NCBI GenBank assembly: GCA_964016885.1
Contig: OZ024750.1
Span: 47,864,001 to 47,928,000, forward strand
Source of the DNA: Eledone cirrhosa
Taxonomy: Eukaryota
Length of the DNA stretch: 64,000 bases
Direction of reading: 5' to 3'
Shown: positions 1 to 12,480 of the stretch, one piece after another
How the letters are laid out: the number at the start of each line of letters is the position of its first letter
Numbering within the stretch: position 1 is the stretch's first letter
Translations under genes and position numbers: made by a program
The notes under the pieces: generated by a model
Database searches by the model: none
What the model saw: only the letters and a program-made list of their open reading frames with translations
Told to the model about the DNA's origin: nothing

Positions 1-237
1 GGGTATGTCGAATCTATCTATTTATAAGACTGTTTATATTGTATTTTGTCTGAAGAAGGCATAACACATTTTTAATATGATATCCCTGAAATATATATAA
101 TGAAATAAATATGGTTTTATAAATATAATTTCCATTTATTTAATATCGTAAATATACTCCAAATACTTGTTGAGTGCTTTTATATCAGTTATAAATATTT
201 ACTCGTTGTAACCCAACAATTTAAATATAACTTTCCA
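1..237 (+). mobile_element. PLE terminal (pLTR-like) fragment, family D
   Basis: Shares about 150 nt with 23540-23690, carries an HHR and ends in a (TA)n tract. Confidence 0.6.
43..106 (+). ncRNA. Type-I minimal hammerhead ribozyme (PLE family D)
   Basis: attttgt-CTGAAGA-[agg...cct stem II]-GAA-ATATATAT-A-atgaaat. Stem I attttgt/atgaaat pairs with G-U wobbles and stem III is palindromic. Homologous copy at 23581. Confidence 0.75.
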
Positions 238-251
238 TATATATATATATT

Positions 252-334
<83 letters not shown>

Positions 335-358
335 AGGTATGTGTGTGTGCGTGTGTGT
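237..358. repeat. Compound (TA)n/(TG)n microsatellite; one of dozens in the window
   Basis: Direct reading. Similar tracts at 4625-4752, 6068-6285, 14950-15122, 24101-24187, 24560-24712, 32070-32340, 59636-59806 and 63880-64000. Confidence 0.98.
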
Positions 359-1144
359 AATGCATGCTCCTAAACGTTATTTTGTCTACAAAATTTCGAA
401 CTTGGGAATTTTGGGAAGACTGTCAGACAATGATAGCAGTGTCTGCTGTTAAACTGTTATATATTTTGCGATATTTTCTTAAGATTATTAATTTTAAAAT
501 GGATTAATATTATACATTAAATATATTTCCTCACATCTTTTCCAGAAATGCTGAGATATAATTTCGAAAGTCTATACTAGATTTTGTGTGATCTTTCTTT
601 TTTCTTCTTTTTTTCCCCAGTTAATTGTCTTTTCACATCAGGCGTAATTTAAATTAAATAGATTTCAAAGAAAATTTTAACAAACACAATCTTAAATAAT
701 TTAAAGTTATTTTGTTTGCAGACGTTACGTTTATCAATAATCTAATACGAATATCAATAATTTCATTTAAACGTTTTTAATTACTGAAAACATTTAGTTG
801 TTAATTAAGCCTCCACCCCTGCAAACGAGATTGTCTCAGAATTTAAATTAGGATTACTAAAAGAAATCGATGGAAAAATATCGCTAAAATATTGGAATCA
901 CTTCCAAGATAATGTTCTCTTAAATCATGTGTGAATCTATTTGATAACAGGTGATCATATGGTTAGTGTCAGGAATGTTATTGGCTGTAAGACATTGCCT
1001 CGGAAAAGATGCAATGTTTGATAGGTAAGCTCACATAGTATTCCAATCGGTACATCCTTAGTGCAATTTACCATGAGCGGAATTCAAACCATAACAATTT
1101 AAAATTTATCTTTAGATTGTATGAGATGAAATAATGGTATTCAA

Positions 1145-2805
1145 CTAATGTAATGGTACGCGATGGGGCCCACCCACAGCCCCGGCTGACAGAATGGAGA
1201 AGGCGTTTCCCCTGTGGACGGCATGGGAGACGCGCTGGAAAAGCCACTGCAACTCGCGGGGCTCACGCCTACGGCTGTCCAGCTCAGCGCCTATGGTGGT
1301 GAGTAAGGAGGTAGCCCTGGAGCCGAGGACACCAGAAGTTTCCACTGCCAGGGGAACGACCGCAAACCTGTCTGAGAGCGACCGGTATTTGAGGAGTTCG
1401 GCCCCCTCATCCCGACGTGCAGCAGAACCTGGCTCAGTCGCAGACTGCACCAGGTTGCGGCTTCAGAAAATGTCGGTGCAAGTGGCATCCCAGACGAAGG
1501 GTTTTCCACCGCGGAACGGGAATGGTCATGCCATCTGGCCTTTTGCCGTCCCCTCGATCCAGCCCCACCGGCTCGAGCTGGGAAGGGAAGACTGCAGCGT
1601 CCAAGCCATGCTTAATAACCTCGTTGAGGGCAGTATGGCGTGGAATGTGGCCGGCACTGTGGCGACAGGGAAGCGGGTGGAGGCCGAAAGAGTCCACGGT
1701 GGAACCGCAGCGACATTGGTGTGGCTGGCAGATCGGGAGGCCGAGCCTCAGGGAAACGCCGATTCGCAGGCTATGGTTGTCTAGCTGTGTGCAAGTGGAG
1801 AAGGAGGGCAGAGCATGGAACCAGGCACAACTATGGGGTTTGGAGGCCGCACGAAAACAGGCAAGGCGGTGCTGGTCGAGCTGGCGTGTGAGCATGCCTG
1901 AGGCCAGTCTGCACTGCATGGGGGGATTTTACGTCAACATGGGGAGAAGGAGGATGTACGTCTACTGGGCTAAGTCCTAGCGGGTCCCACGTCTCACAGG
2001 CGTCCTCACGTTCTCTGAACACAGAGGGTTCTGTTGTGTTTTGAAGAACCCTGCTGACGAGGACGCGGCTCGATGTTACCGACGAAAGATACGCTGGCAA
2101 AGCTAGTGAGATCGGGGACAGTAGGCCTAGGCCGCCATACCTGACCGGTAAAGTGACCTGTTGCCACCCTATGTCGTCAAACTTGACGTTGTATATCCCG
2201 TCGGCTGCTGCTCGAATACAAGTAAGGTCAGCGAGGATAGATTTCCGGGTGTAGCATGGAGCGCTGCGGAGTGTATAGAGGAGCTTCGTCATGGCGATGC
2301 AGTTCTTTAGCAGAAAGAGAGCTGGGTGGCCGCCAATCAAACCCAGTCGGCTCGTGGGAGTCTGGAGCTGTTGAAGCCTGGACCTGATGGTGGAGCGGAT
2401 GGCCGGCGAGTGGATCGGTGGCCCGAGGATGAGGATATCCTCTTTGGGCGTCACCTGAACCTGGCGGAGAATGGACCGCACGTCCAAGACGGAGGCTGCA
2501 AAGTTCACAGCATCGAGGCTGACGTTCACCACCTCCGACTTGGCCGAGTTGACCTGGAGGCCGACTCCTGCCAGGGCAGGAATCACCGATTGAAGGTCTT
2601 GGCAGACCGTCCGTAGGGGCCCGCCCAACGTAGCATCATCCAGATACCAAATGTTGAGAGGGGCCGTGATACTCCGGGCGATGTGGTCAATACCAAGGGC
2701 GAACAGGAGGGGTCCCAAAGCGTCGCCCTGTTGGACCACAGTAGCCGAGGGTATGACCGTATCAGCAGCTAGGGGCATGCTCGGGGCTCCATATGACATT
2801 ATCAA
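1145..2805 (-). mobile_element. 5'-truncated, frameshifted CRE-like non-LTR retrotransposon (RT + Cys/His motif + restriction-like endonuclease)
   Basis: ORF 1831-2805 has RT motifs QQGDALGPLLF and WYLDD plus PVRYGGLG. ORF 1434-1919 has CRCG..D..GLH..PC, RHTALN and EPVGLDRGDGKRPDG. ORF 1145-1450 has LKY, VPLAVETSG and FQRVSHAVHRGNA. GC content is far higher than the flanks. Confidence 0.88.
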
Positions 2806-4683
2806 ACATACCCAATCTATATTGCCTTGAAATAGGTTTTAGTTCCTATTTATCAGCCTTGATTGTCGTAACAAATGCCATTGGTGATGCCTCATTCGAT
2901 TATGCCTAATCAATGTTTCCTATAGAGAGGTATATGTTTATAGGACGTGTGGATTCATAATAAAAATACAGTTCATGCTACATGCTACGCTGTCGATGAG
3001 CCGTATTGATACAATGTTTGTCCGCTGTATTTAAAACTTTGGCCGAGCCCATTTCCTCTGCAATTGTGAGTGACAGAACATGTGAGAAAGAATGCTACTA
3101 TATTCATCGGCTCGTAATTAGGAGAGGAAAAGTTGTCTTCGGTGGGCTTTGAACGCAAAGCGCAGAGAACCAGTACAAATAACAAGGCATTTGTACGCGG
3201 ACTACCTGACGACGTGATTCTGCTACACACCAGTGTTTACCTAACGTACATCTGACTCAAATGTAATTATGTGCAATACGTTTATGTTGTGCCAAATATT
3301 AGGTGTGCTTACATGGTAAATGATATGTGTAAGACTTACACGATCCCTCAAATGTTGACGATGGACGTTACAAATACTATACATATTCAGGGAATATTAA
3401 AGAACTTTGGATCATGGCTGGTCTTTCAGAGTTTTGTAAAGTTTTAAAATATATTTAAAATGTACCATGTTATATAGTGTGTTCTACCATAAAAAGCACG
3501 TGTTTATCAATATCGAAATATGTCGTGTGTCCAGTATATTAAGAAAGACTGGTCTAAGTAACAGACGATATATTATTCGTCATCAATCAAAAGATAATAG
3601 AAAATGTGATTGTGATATTAGACTTAATCAGTCTCGTAATTTATAAAATCCATCTGACCAACGGATTTGTTTAACGGAGACCCCCCTGCCACAAGCAGTC
3701 GCACCAGAGCTTTGTTTTCAGGATACCTTTCTCTCGGAGGTCCATGAAAAGCATCTTCGAAGCAGCCCATTCTTAATGACTAATCAAAAATATAATATGA
3801 AACGAAAATAAAAATATAGCATATATTCCAATGCAATAGTTGTATAATATGCCTAAATTGGCAGTTTTTATAATTTAAATGATTCCGATGGTATTAATAA
3901 TTAATATTTCTATAGAAATCCTGAGTGAATTGAATTCATTTTGAATCAGATTGTCTCTCTATTGATCCCATTATACACAGTGTGTTAAATTTAGCTGTAT
4001 CATTTGAGACTTGGTATCAGATAATGTGTGTATTTTTCTATTTAGATATTTGATATTATGAAGAATTTAAAATATAATTATTATTCGATAATTGTCTTCT
4101 ATATCAATGTCGTTCTCGAAGCAAATACCCAGAAATCTAATTTTAATCTATAGATTTTGTTTTTAATGCATCTTTAATCCATTTGTCAATAGATCGCCGA
4201 GAGTATTACATTTTGCTTTACGTATTCGCTGGGATTACAAAAATAATCCTATTCATTCATTACTAGCGAACGTTTGGAAGGCTTTCAACGAAAGATAAGG
4301 CGGTTTTATTTTCTTCTCATTATTTCTGTTGTATATAATTAGATAAAACTACTATTGGCTTCTTTGATTCGAAATTTATTGTTTTAAAGGATAGATGAAG
4401 ACTAATATTTCGATTTTCCCCCTTTCAATCCCAAAATACCAAGCAATGGCAGTGTTAAAACTTATTTTAGAATCACATAAAATGTAAAGTTAATGTGTGG
4501 ATGAACAAAACACATGGAAACGGTTGATGTATAACCACGCGAAGAATATGTGGAAGGAATAGTGATTAGGGTAAAAGATGGTTTTCTTTTTTTAAAAAAT
4601 GAACACATCTACACAACCGACGGCTCACACACACGCATACACACACATACACTCACACACACTCATACACATACACACACACG

Positions 4684-4756
<73 letters not shown>

Positions 4757-6063
4757 AGAGGAAATAAAAGAGAGAACAAAATGGCGCAGCAGAGTTAAAT
4801 ATTTGGCGAACAGCACAACTTATCCGTATTGACAGCAGTTAACTATTGCTGTCTGGTTTTGCGTATTATTATTATTTTTTTATTTGGCACACGTTCAAGA
4901 CATACGTACACTGTAAAAATCCTACAATTGGCAGCTTTGAATAAATAAGATTTCCAATGTGGAATCAGTATTTCATCGTCTACGCTGCTGTAGAAATATA
5001 AGGGGTGAATGTTAAATGGTGTAGTTATTGATGTGTGTTCAGGAAAATGCATTTGAAAATGATCACAGTATATTTATATCACTTGTGTCTAACAGAAACA
5101 TTTATCACCTTCATTGTCCTAAAATTTGATGGAACTCCGTCGGTTTCCATGATGATTTTTCCAAGATATTCTTTCTACGGAAGTTTCTGCGAGTGAAATT
5201 AACCAAATTAAGTGCCTGAGCTTGCCAGACACTTACTGTACGTGTCAAGGAGACGAAGCCTGTATGAATGTGTGATAAGTCCAGCTCGTTGTATTGCAGG
5301 TAAATTCCATGCGATCAGTTTCCATGTATCCAATTTTACTCATCCGTGAATGTCTTAAATGACATCCGTCTAAGCTGCCACGGAGTGATATATAAAACAG
5401 AATCTAATGTTTGCCAGGCGAATCTCCAGAAAATAAGTGCGTATTTTCGAACAATTATCTAATAAATATTTTCTTTTTCTTCGCATCACTGCTTTTCCGG
5501 TGATAGGAGGGTCGATTTGAAATAGAATTCACAGAGCCGATGCACATATGCGATACGGTAAAAAATAGCATAACGCACGATTGTAAGGAATTTGTACATC
5601 TGCCGTGCCTGTGTTAGTATTTTATTTATCAACAACGAAATGATGAAGGACAAATTCATCCTCGGTGTGATTTGAACTGATGCCTTTATTCCGATACTTT
5701 GAATAATTTTCGATTTGTCGCCTCAAGTACGATGGCTACTTTCAAATTTAAATATTCAAACAGTTGAACTTATCAGTATGCCTTCCCTAAAAACGCCTTG
5801 TATTTGCAGATAATTTAGACCAAATGACGAAAATGCTTGTATCGATTTGCAAATTGTGCCTTTTACTAAATCACATGGGTATAGCTAACACATTCATCAT
5901 TGTCATTTTCTTACATGGCCAAAGGTCATTATGTAAAGCAAAACAAACATAAATGTTAGCCTTCAACGAATAGGGAACTGGTAAATCTGCGTAAAACCAT
6001 TGGGAGGAAGTATGATAGCTCGAAGGTTAGGCAAAAAGGGGGAACGGCCGAACAGCCCATACA

Positions 6064-6160
<97 letters not shown>

Positions 6161-6178
6161 GTGTGTGTGTGTGTGAGT

Positions 6179-6287
<109 letters not shown>

Positions 6288-6444
6288 GGAATTTACTCCA
6301 ACATCATTAGACGTGTCCGTCGAACCTGGAGATCCAGAATGAGACAGATCCACACAATGATCGTGTCTCGAGCTGTCCCCTGGTGTAACACACAAAAAAT
6401 TGAGTTCAGGTGTTCAGGTGCATCACTGATTTTTCGTTTTATAT

Positions 6445-6481
<37 letters not shown>

Positions 6482-6486
6482 AATTG

Positions 6487-6634
6487 ATTATTTCTGAAGA
6501 CGGCGTATATATGTGTTGGTATGTATATTTAATCTTGATAGTTTGTATAATTTTGTATAATTTTGTACATAGATCTGTTGAATATGCATGCTAATTCTAA
6601 CACATATATATCCTAGAAACGATCGTTAAATAAT
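6487..6634 (+). ncRNA. Type-I hammerhead ribozyme with long stem II
   Basis: attattt-CTGAAGA ... tatatatgtgttgg/ctaacacatatata stem II ... GAA-ACGATCGT-T-aaataat. Stem I is a perfect 7 bp and stem III is palindromic. Confidence 0.7.
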
Positions 6635-6739
6635 GAACTTTTTTTGTTTAATATAAGGAACTGTTTCATTGTTTATTCATAATTTGTTTAATATTTTATC
6701 TTGACTCTGTATACCGTTTATCTTTCACCGAAAGTGATT

Positions 6740-7108
6740 TTTCATTACATCTCTTCTTTCCATGATATCCGGAATACATTGAGTTCTTCATACGGATTGG
6801 ACACTACCGTAAACTCTTGGTAGATTTATCTACATATATATATACATATAGTTTTAATATAGAAGATATTCTACAGGACTAGAAGTGATTCATTCGTTAG
6901 AAATCATCAGGAAGCTGGCTGTCCAAGTAAATAGTAGTGTTTATGTATTTCCTTATCTGGTGGTAGGAGGGGTGGGTATTGGGATGGATGTTGGTCATTG
7001 GTTGAAGAAATTACAGAAAGGGGATTCATTAAAACTTTAAAGCTATACTATTAACACATGCAGAAAGAATACTTTAAACAAGTTCAAAATTGGAATACCA
7101 ATCCTTGT

Positions 7109-7117
<9 letters not shown>
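6740..7117 (-). mobile_element. HHR-bearing PLE terminal fragment, family F (inverted relative to 7935-8277)
   Basis: Reverse complement aligns with 7935-8277 and 39300-39592. Degenerate HHR at about 6866-6917 (cagcttc-CTGATGA on the minus strand). Confidence 0.65.
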
Positions 7118-7164
<47 letters not shown>

Positions 7165-7168
<4 letters not shown>

Positions 7169-7323
7169 ATAATAATAAATTTGAAGACTAAAATCCAAAG
7201 AGGGCTCAATAAGGATAAATATATATCAAATATATAAGAACCGTAGAGCAAATATTTATTAAATAACAGATTAAAGTTTAAGCAAAGAATCGCTAATAAT
7301 AATAAATTTTAATCTGTTATTTA

Positions 7324-7329
<6 letters not shown>
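7165..7329 (-). mobile_element. PLE family B terminal fragment (tail plus short inverted arm)
   Basis: Matches 34572-34701, then a short inverted ttaatctgttattt arm; flanked by (TA)n. Confidence 0.75.
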
Positions 7330-7366
<37 letters not shown>

Positions 7367-7934
7367 TATGTATACGTACATATATATATGTATACAGACG
7401 TACAGTAGTATGTATACATATTTACATACTTATATTTAAATAACAGCCGTACTAAGAGTCAGAAAAGAAATTTCGTTTAATTTTTTCCATTTATATATAT
7501 ATATACATATATGTATATATATGTGTGTATATGTGTGTATATGAATGTATATATGTAAATGTATGCGTAAGTATGTACACATATATATATATGTATATAT
7601 GTAGGTATGTATTGTATGTATGTATGTGTATATGTACCATCATGTATGTTTGTTGTGTGTGTGCCTGCCTGTGTGTACGTGCGTGTAAGTGTGGGTACGT
7701 GTGTGAGTGGGCGCGTGTGTGAATGTGTTTGTGGACACCTGGAATATATGTTAAGATAAACTTCACTATAAGGGGTGTACCCCAAAACTTGAATCTGTTC
7801 ATGGAACCTTTTCTGATTTTGTCACCCTCATTTTAGCATTAAATAATTAGCTTCTAAAGAATTTCCCTTTTCTTTAAACCATTGAAACCCACCCATACTG
7901 TAGACACCTGTCATACAGGCATTGTTACTTTAAG

Positions 7935-8277
7935 TGGTAAACAAGGATTGGTATTCCAATTGTGAACTTATTTACGGTATTCTTTCTGCCTTAGTTAATA
8001 TTATAGCTTTAAAGAATTAGCTTTTAATGAATCCCCTTTCTTTAATACCTTCAGCCAATGACCTCAACCCATCCCGATCCCCACCCTCTCCTACCAACAG
8101 ATAAGGAAAGACATAACTACTACCTTTTACTTGGACAGCCAGCTTCCTGATGATTACTCACGAATGAAATAGTTCTCGTCCAGTAGAAGCTGTTCTATAT
8201 TAAAACTTGTATACTCTGCTATGTATTGAGTACCATGCTTACTGTGGTTACCTATGATTCTACCCGGAATATCTTTA
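7935..8277 (+). mobile_element. HHR-bearing PLE terminal fragment, family F
   Basis: Homologous to 39300-39592 and to the reverse complement of 6740-7117; contains an HHR. Confidence 0.65.
8140..8192 (+). ncRNA. Type-I hammerhead ribozyme (family F)
   Basis: cagcttc-CTGATGA-...-GAAA-...-TA-gaagctg; perfect 7-bp stem I, weak stems II and III. Confidence 0.65.
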
Positions 8278-8284
8278 TATATAC

Positions 8285-8323
<39 letters not shown>

Positions 8324-8324
8324 T

Positions 8325-8369
<45 letters not shown>

Positions 8370-8444
8370 TATGTGCATGCGTGTGTGCGTGTGTGTGCGC
8401 GCGTGTGCGTGTGTGCGTGTGTATGTGTGTGTGTGGAGAGAGTG

Positions 8445-8511
8445 AAGAAGTAGAAGAAGAAGAAGAACAAGAAGAAGAAGAAGAAGAAGAAGAAAAAGAA
8501 GAAGAAGAAGA

Positions 8512-8557
<46 letters not shown>

Positions 8558-8574
8558 GTAGTAGTAGTAGTAGT
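8445..8574. repeat. (GAA)n/(GTA)n trinucleotide microsatellite
   Basis: Direct reading. Confidence 0.97.
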
Positions 8575-8862
8575 TGGAGTATATTTTCTGATTGAGACAA
8601 ACAACGAACGATTTCTAATGTAAGTTGATTACTAGGGCATCATTGATTTATCCAGCACTGAAAAAGGAGAGAATGTGTCAATATTTGCGGGTTTTGAACT
8701 GTAAACATAAACAGCTATAGCTAATATTGAAAAACCAATTGTCCGACGCTCTAACGATTCTGATAATCCACCGCTCTGGTGATGATAATTGCTTACACAT
8801 TATCAGCCTTTAAGGAAGAGAGTGGAAATTATGTTAACAATATCATTATTTGAGAGGTACAG

Positions 8863-9195
8863 GGTGGTGGATTGGCAGTGTCGGTAGAGGGTCGAATGCT
8901 ACGCTTTGCAGCTTAGAGTTACGGCCCTTTATGATATGAGTTCAAATCCCGTCGAGATTAGCTTTGCCGTTCATCCTTACGGGGTCGATAAAATAAAGTA
9001 CCTGTCACGTACTGTGGCCTATCTAATCGCCTTTCTTCTCCACCCAAATTACTTGCCTTGTCTCCATACTAGAAATCATTATTTGACCGGTACTATACGG
9101 GGTCGATCCTTTCATCCTTACGGTGTCGATAAAATAAAGTACCAGTAATGCACTGGGTGATTGCTGGCCTTCTGCCTAAAGTAGAAACAATTATT
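8863..9195 (+). mobile_element. tRNA-derived SINE (octopod-type) with partial internal duplication
   Basis: A-box-like tggcagtgtcgg, B-box gagttcaaatcc, core ttcatccttacggggtcgataaaataaagtacc present twice, 3' gtagaaacaattatt. Confidence 0.85.
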
Positions 9196-12029
9196 TGACA
9201 GGTACTATATTTAACTAATCACGAGTGGATGAAAAATATATTTGACCTCAGCGGGATTTTATTTCAGAACGTTAAGATCCGAAACAAATAAGCAAAGCCT
9301 TTTGTCCAAAAGTTTTCATAATTTAACTAATGTACTCCTAGTTTTGTCTAACATTATACCACGTCGGCATATACACCATTCATCTACCCGATTTTCTCCG
9401 TATTCAGACGTACACCAACATTAAATAATTAGTTCTAACACAGGCAAAAAGCCGGAAATTTGTCGAAGGGAAAATCGATTACATCTAGTTAATAGGTACA
9501 TTATTTTATTGAGCACAGATAGATGAAGGGCAAATTGCATCTCATCGAGATTTGAACCCAGGACGTAAGGAGCCAGAATAACTAATTGTTTCTACTTTTG
9601 GCACAAGACCAGCTAATACCTAATACATTACTTGTACTTTATTTTATCAAACAAGTAAGGATGAAAAACAAAGTTAGCCTCGGAGGAATTTGAACTCAGT
9701 CCGTAAAGGGACGTAACTGTATGTTGGAAATCCTGGCCTGCGTTCCTCTACCGATACTGCCAATCAACCACCAGACCAAATAATACTAAGTCCAACATTC
9801 TAATAACTGTCCAGTAATTAAATAATATATATTCAATTAGCATTTATGAATGATTTTCTTTAGACATACCTATAATTTATAAGGCAATATCTACAAGCAG
9901 GTAATTAATTTTACTTTAATTTTAATAATTATAGCTAACTATTAAAGTAGAAACAAAATTTACATAATATTCAATGGACATGTTTACATAATTCTAAGAA
10001 GTGTACGATGATAAACATGTGTAATTATATTCCATTAATTAAGAAATTGTTAATGGACGTCGGTTAAATTTTGAATTACATATTGTTTAATTGCTGAGAT
10101 GTATTAATTGAACCAAATGGGAGTAGGTAAGACAAACATATTAGATTTACACCTACATGGTCCTTTAAGGCATTTCATTCCATACCGCCTGACACCACCT
10201 CTCTTTCCATGTTACAAACTGCTTATTTTAAAATGTCCATATCTACATGTAAACATTCCACTATAAATGATTGTATGAACGCCAGTTCAACCAGGAACAG
10301 ATACGGTACATTACTAAATTTGCTAAATCCTACAAAATCCTTGATTAGTTCTCAAAATTCAAAGATCACTGTCAGTTTTGACGACAAGGGTGTCAGTTGC
10401 ACTATGAAGAGGACAACATTTTTATTCTTCTTCCTGTAATGTGGTTCTCTCAGAATCAAGGGTCTCCATTTGAAACGGGAGGATCGCCATGCCAAACCAA
10501 CCATGTTCTTGAATGTTATGCAAACATCTTGCTCTAGGTCTATTCCCATGTCACCTACCGGTTAGATTTGCCGGTAAAATAAGTACAATGCTTTATTCTT
10601 CAAACAACCGAAACTTATGCTCGTTATATCAGAGCTGTGAACTATAAATTCTGAGATGTAGTTAGTGATTACATGTAGCGACGTTCTGATCTCAGAGCTA
10701 CACATTCTATCGAATAACATTATTACAAAGGCACTTCAGAAACACCCTATTGCGGCCGCTTGTATTCACCGTCGTATTTTTTCGGTCAGTAACAAGGATT
10801 CCTGACATTAGGAAAGAGTTCACATGAATACCGAATTGGAAATAACGAGCTTAGATTTTACTAACTAATCTTGAAATTATCGCGCAAATGTCTGCGCATT
10901 CCATAAGCTTGAGCACACTTCTCAAGAGAATTAGGAGGGGCACAATACATATATCAAGGCTGCCTGTTTGTATTACAGGTGCAACTATACAGATGCAACT
11001 ATAGACACTGTCTCTCTCTAAACAATATCACTTGCAAGGTTTTGCTTGAACCCTGACTAAAGTGAAAGACCTGTAGAGGGATTAAATCCGAGTTTTAAGT
11101 ATTGTGAAGCACAATTCTTAATCACTCATCCGTGCCGAGTCTGTAGTGCACTAGTTTACAAGGTAAACACTTGAAACAGAAAATATATTTAACATAAATG
11201 GAAGCATTTAGGCTGACTCGCTAGAAGCAAACCCAATACCGGTAATTTCATATTGAAGGGGAAAAAACCTGATAAGATATATTGTGAGCTATTACACGAA
11301 CGATATTAAAGCTGAACATATAAATATCGTTCTATAATAGGATAAAACAATGCAAATGAAAGCCGAGTGGAGCAAAAACAAAATTCAATTGAAACATATC
11401 AGAAATAACATATATTAATAAACATCAAGGAGATGTCTAAAAATGTATAGATAATATTTTAAGATTGTTATGAATTTAATATATCTAACGAAATAACGAA
11501 ATTACATCCGTTTTAGTAGGATAATGTTTAGTAGAATTATATTATATATCCTTCTTTCTATATATTCCTTCTTATCTCTGACCAGTTAACCCCCCCCCCC
11601 CCAAAAAAAAAAGTAATAGCTAGTCCTTCTTGGCTGCTGATAAGGCATTTATTCATTTTAATCTAATTTCTTATTCAAAATAACTAAACTGGATTTTTTT
11701 GTTACATGATTTCTTATTGTTCGTTTACTTTCTGAAGAACATTTATAATTTTAGTAATTTCTTATAGACGTAATTTATTAAAGAAAATAACACGGCTGTT
11801 TGTTTTCTAAATTTATTTTCTACATTTTATCTTGTGTTAAAATTCTTCTGCCGAACAGTTATAGCAATAGCATTTTCATCTAATTTTCCATTTAAACTAT
11901 TTTTTGGTTTATTTTTCATATGTATGTTCTTTATTTTCTTTTACATCCCACCTAATTATGAAGAGTACTTATGCTTATATCATATTAATTGCAAGCATAT
12001 GTTATGCAGATCTATGACTATCCTAAAAG

Positions 12030-12480
12030 AAGAATTTAGTCTACCTTTGAAACGTTATCTCTCAAGCCCAAAGGCAAAGTTGTTCAGCACAAGTATTCCA
12101 TAGAGGATACAACATAGCTATTCCTCAACTTATATTTCCAAAGACATTAACACCACAACACCAATAAAGAAAGTGTTAATTGAAAAAGAATAAAAAGGAT
12201 ACAGACCCTACCCATACCAAATATCATGTAACGGACTTGTCTAATGTGTTTTCTTTATGTAAGACAAGTCTATCTCATCGAACACACACTGAAGAATCAA
12301 ATAATATATCTTTCCGAATATTTGTGTCAGTCAACATGTGATTAAATACAAATAGTTCAATCTGGAGTCCATTTTGCTTTTGACCAAAGCAATGTCATCG
12401 AAACTATAAATGTGACATGAAACGATGGATTCGCAGAATATTTGAAACTACGGACGAAATGCATTGCGATATTTGTTTAG
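12030..12480 (-). mobile_element. Highly decayed LINE RT remnant
   Basis: Minus-strand translation YSFDDIALV resembles the YADD-type RT motif; no ORF remains. Confidence 0.3.

Noticed and set aside
1194-2616. Plus-strand ORFs of 196, 187, 83 and 96 aa
   Set aside because: Antisense shadows of the GC-rich CRE-like element on the minus strand.
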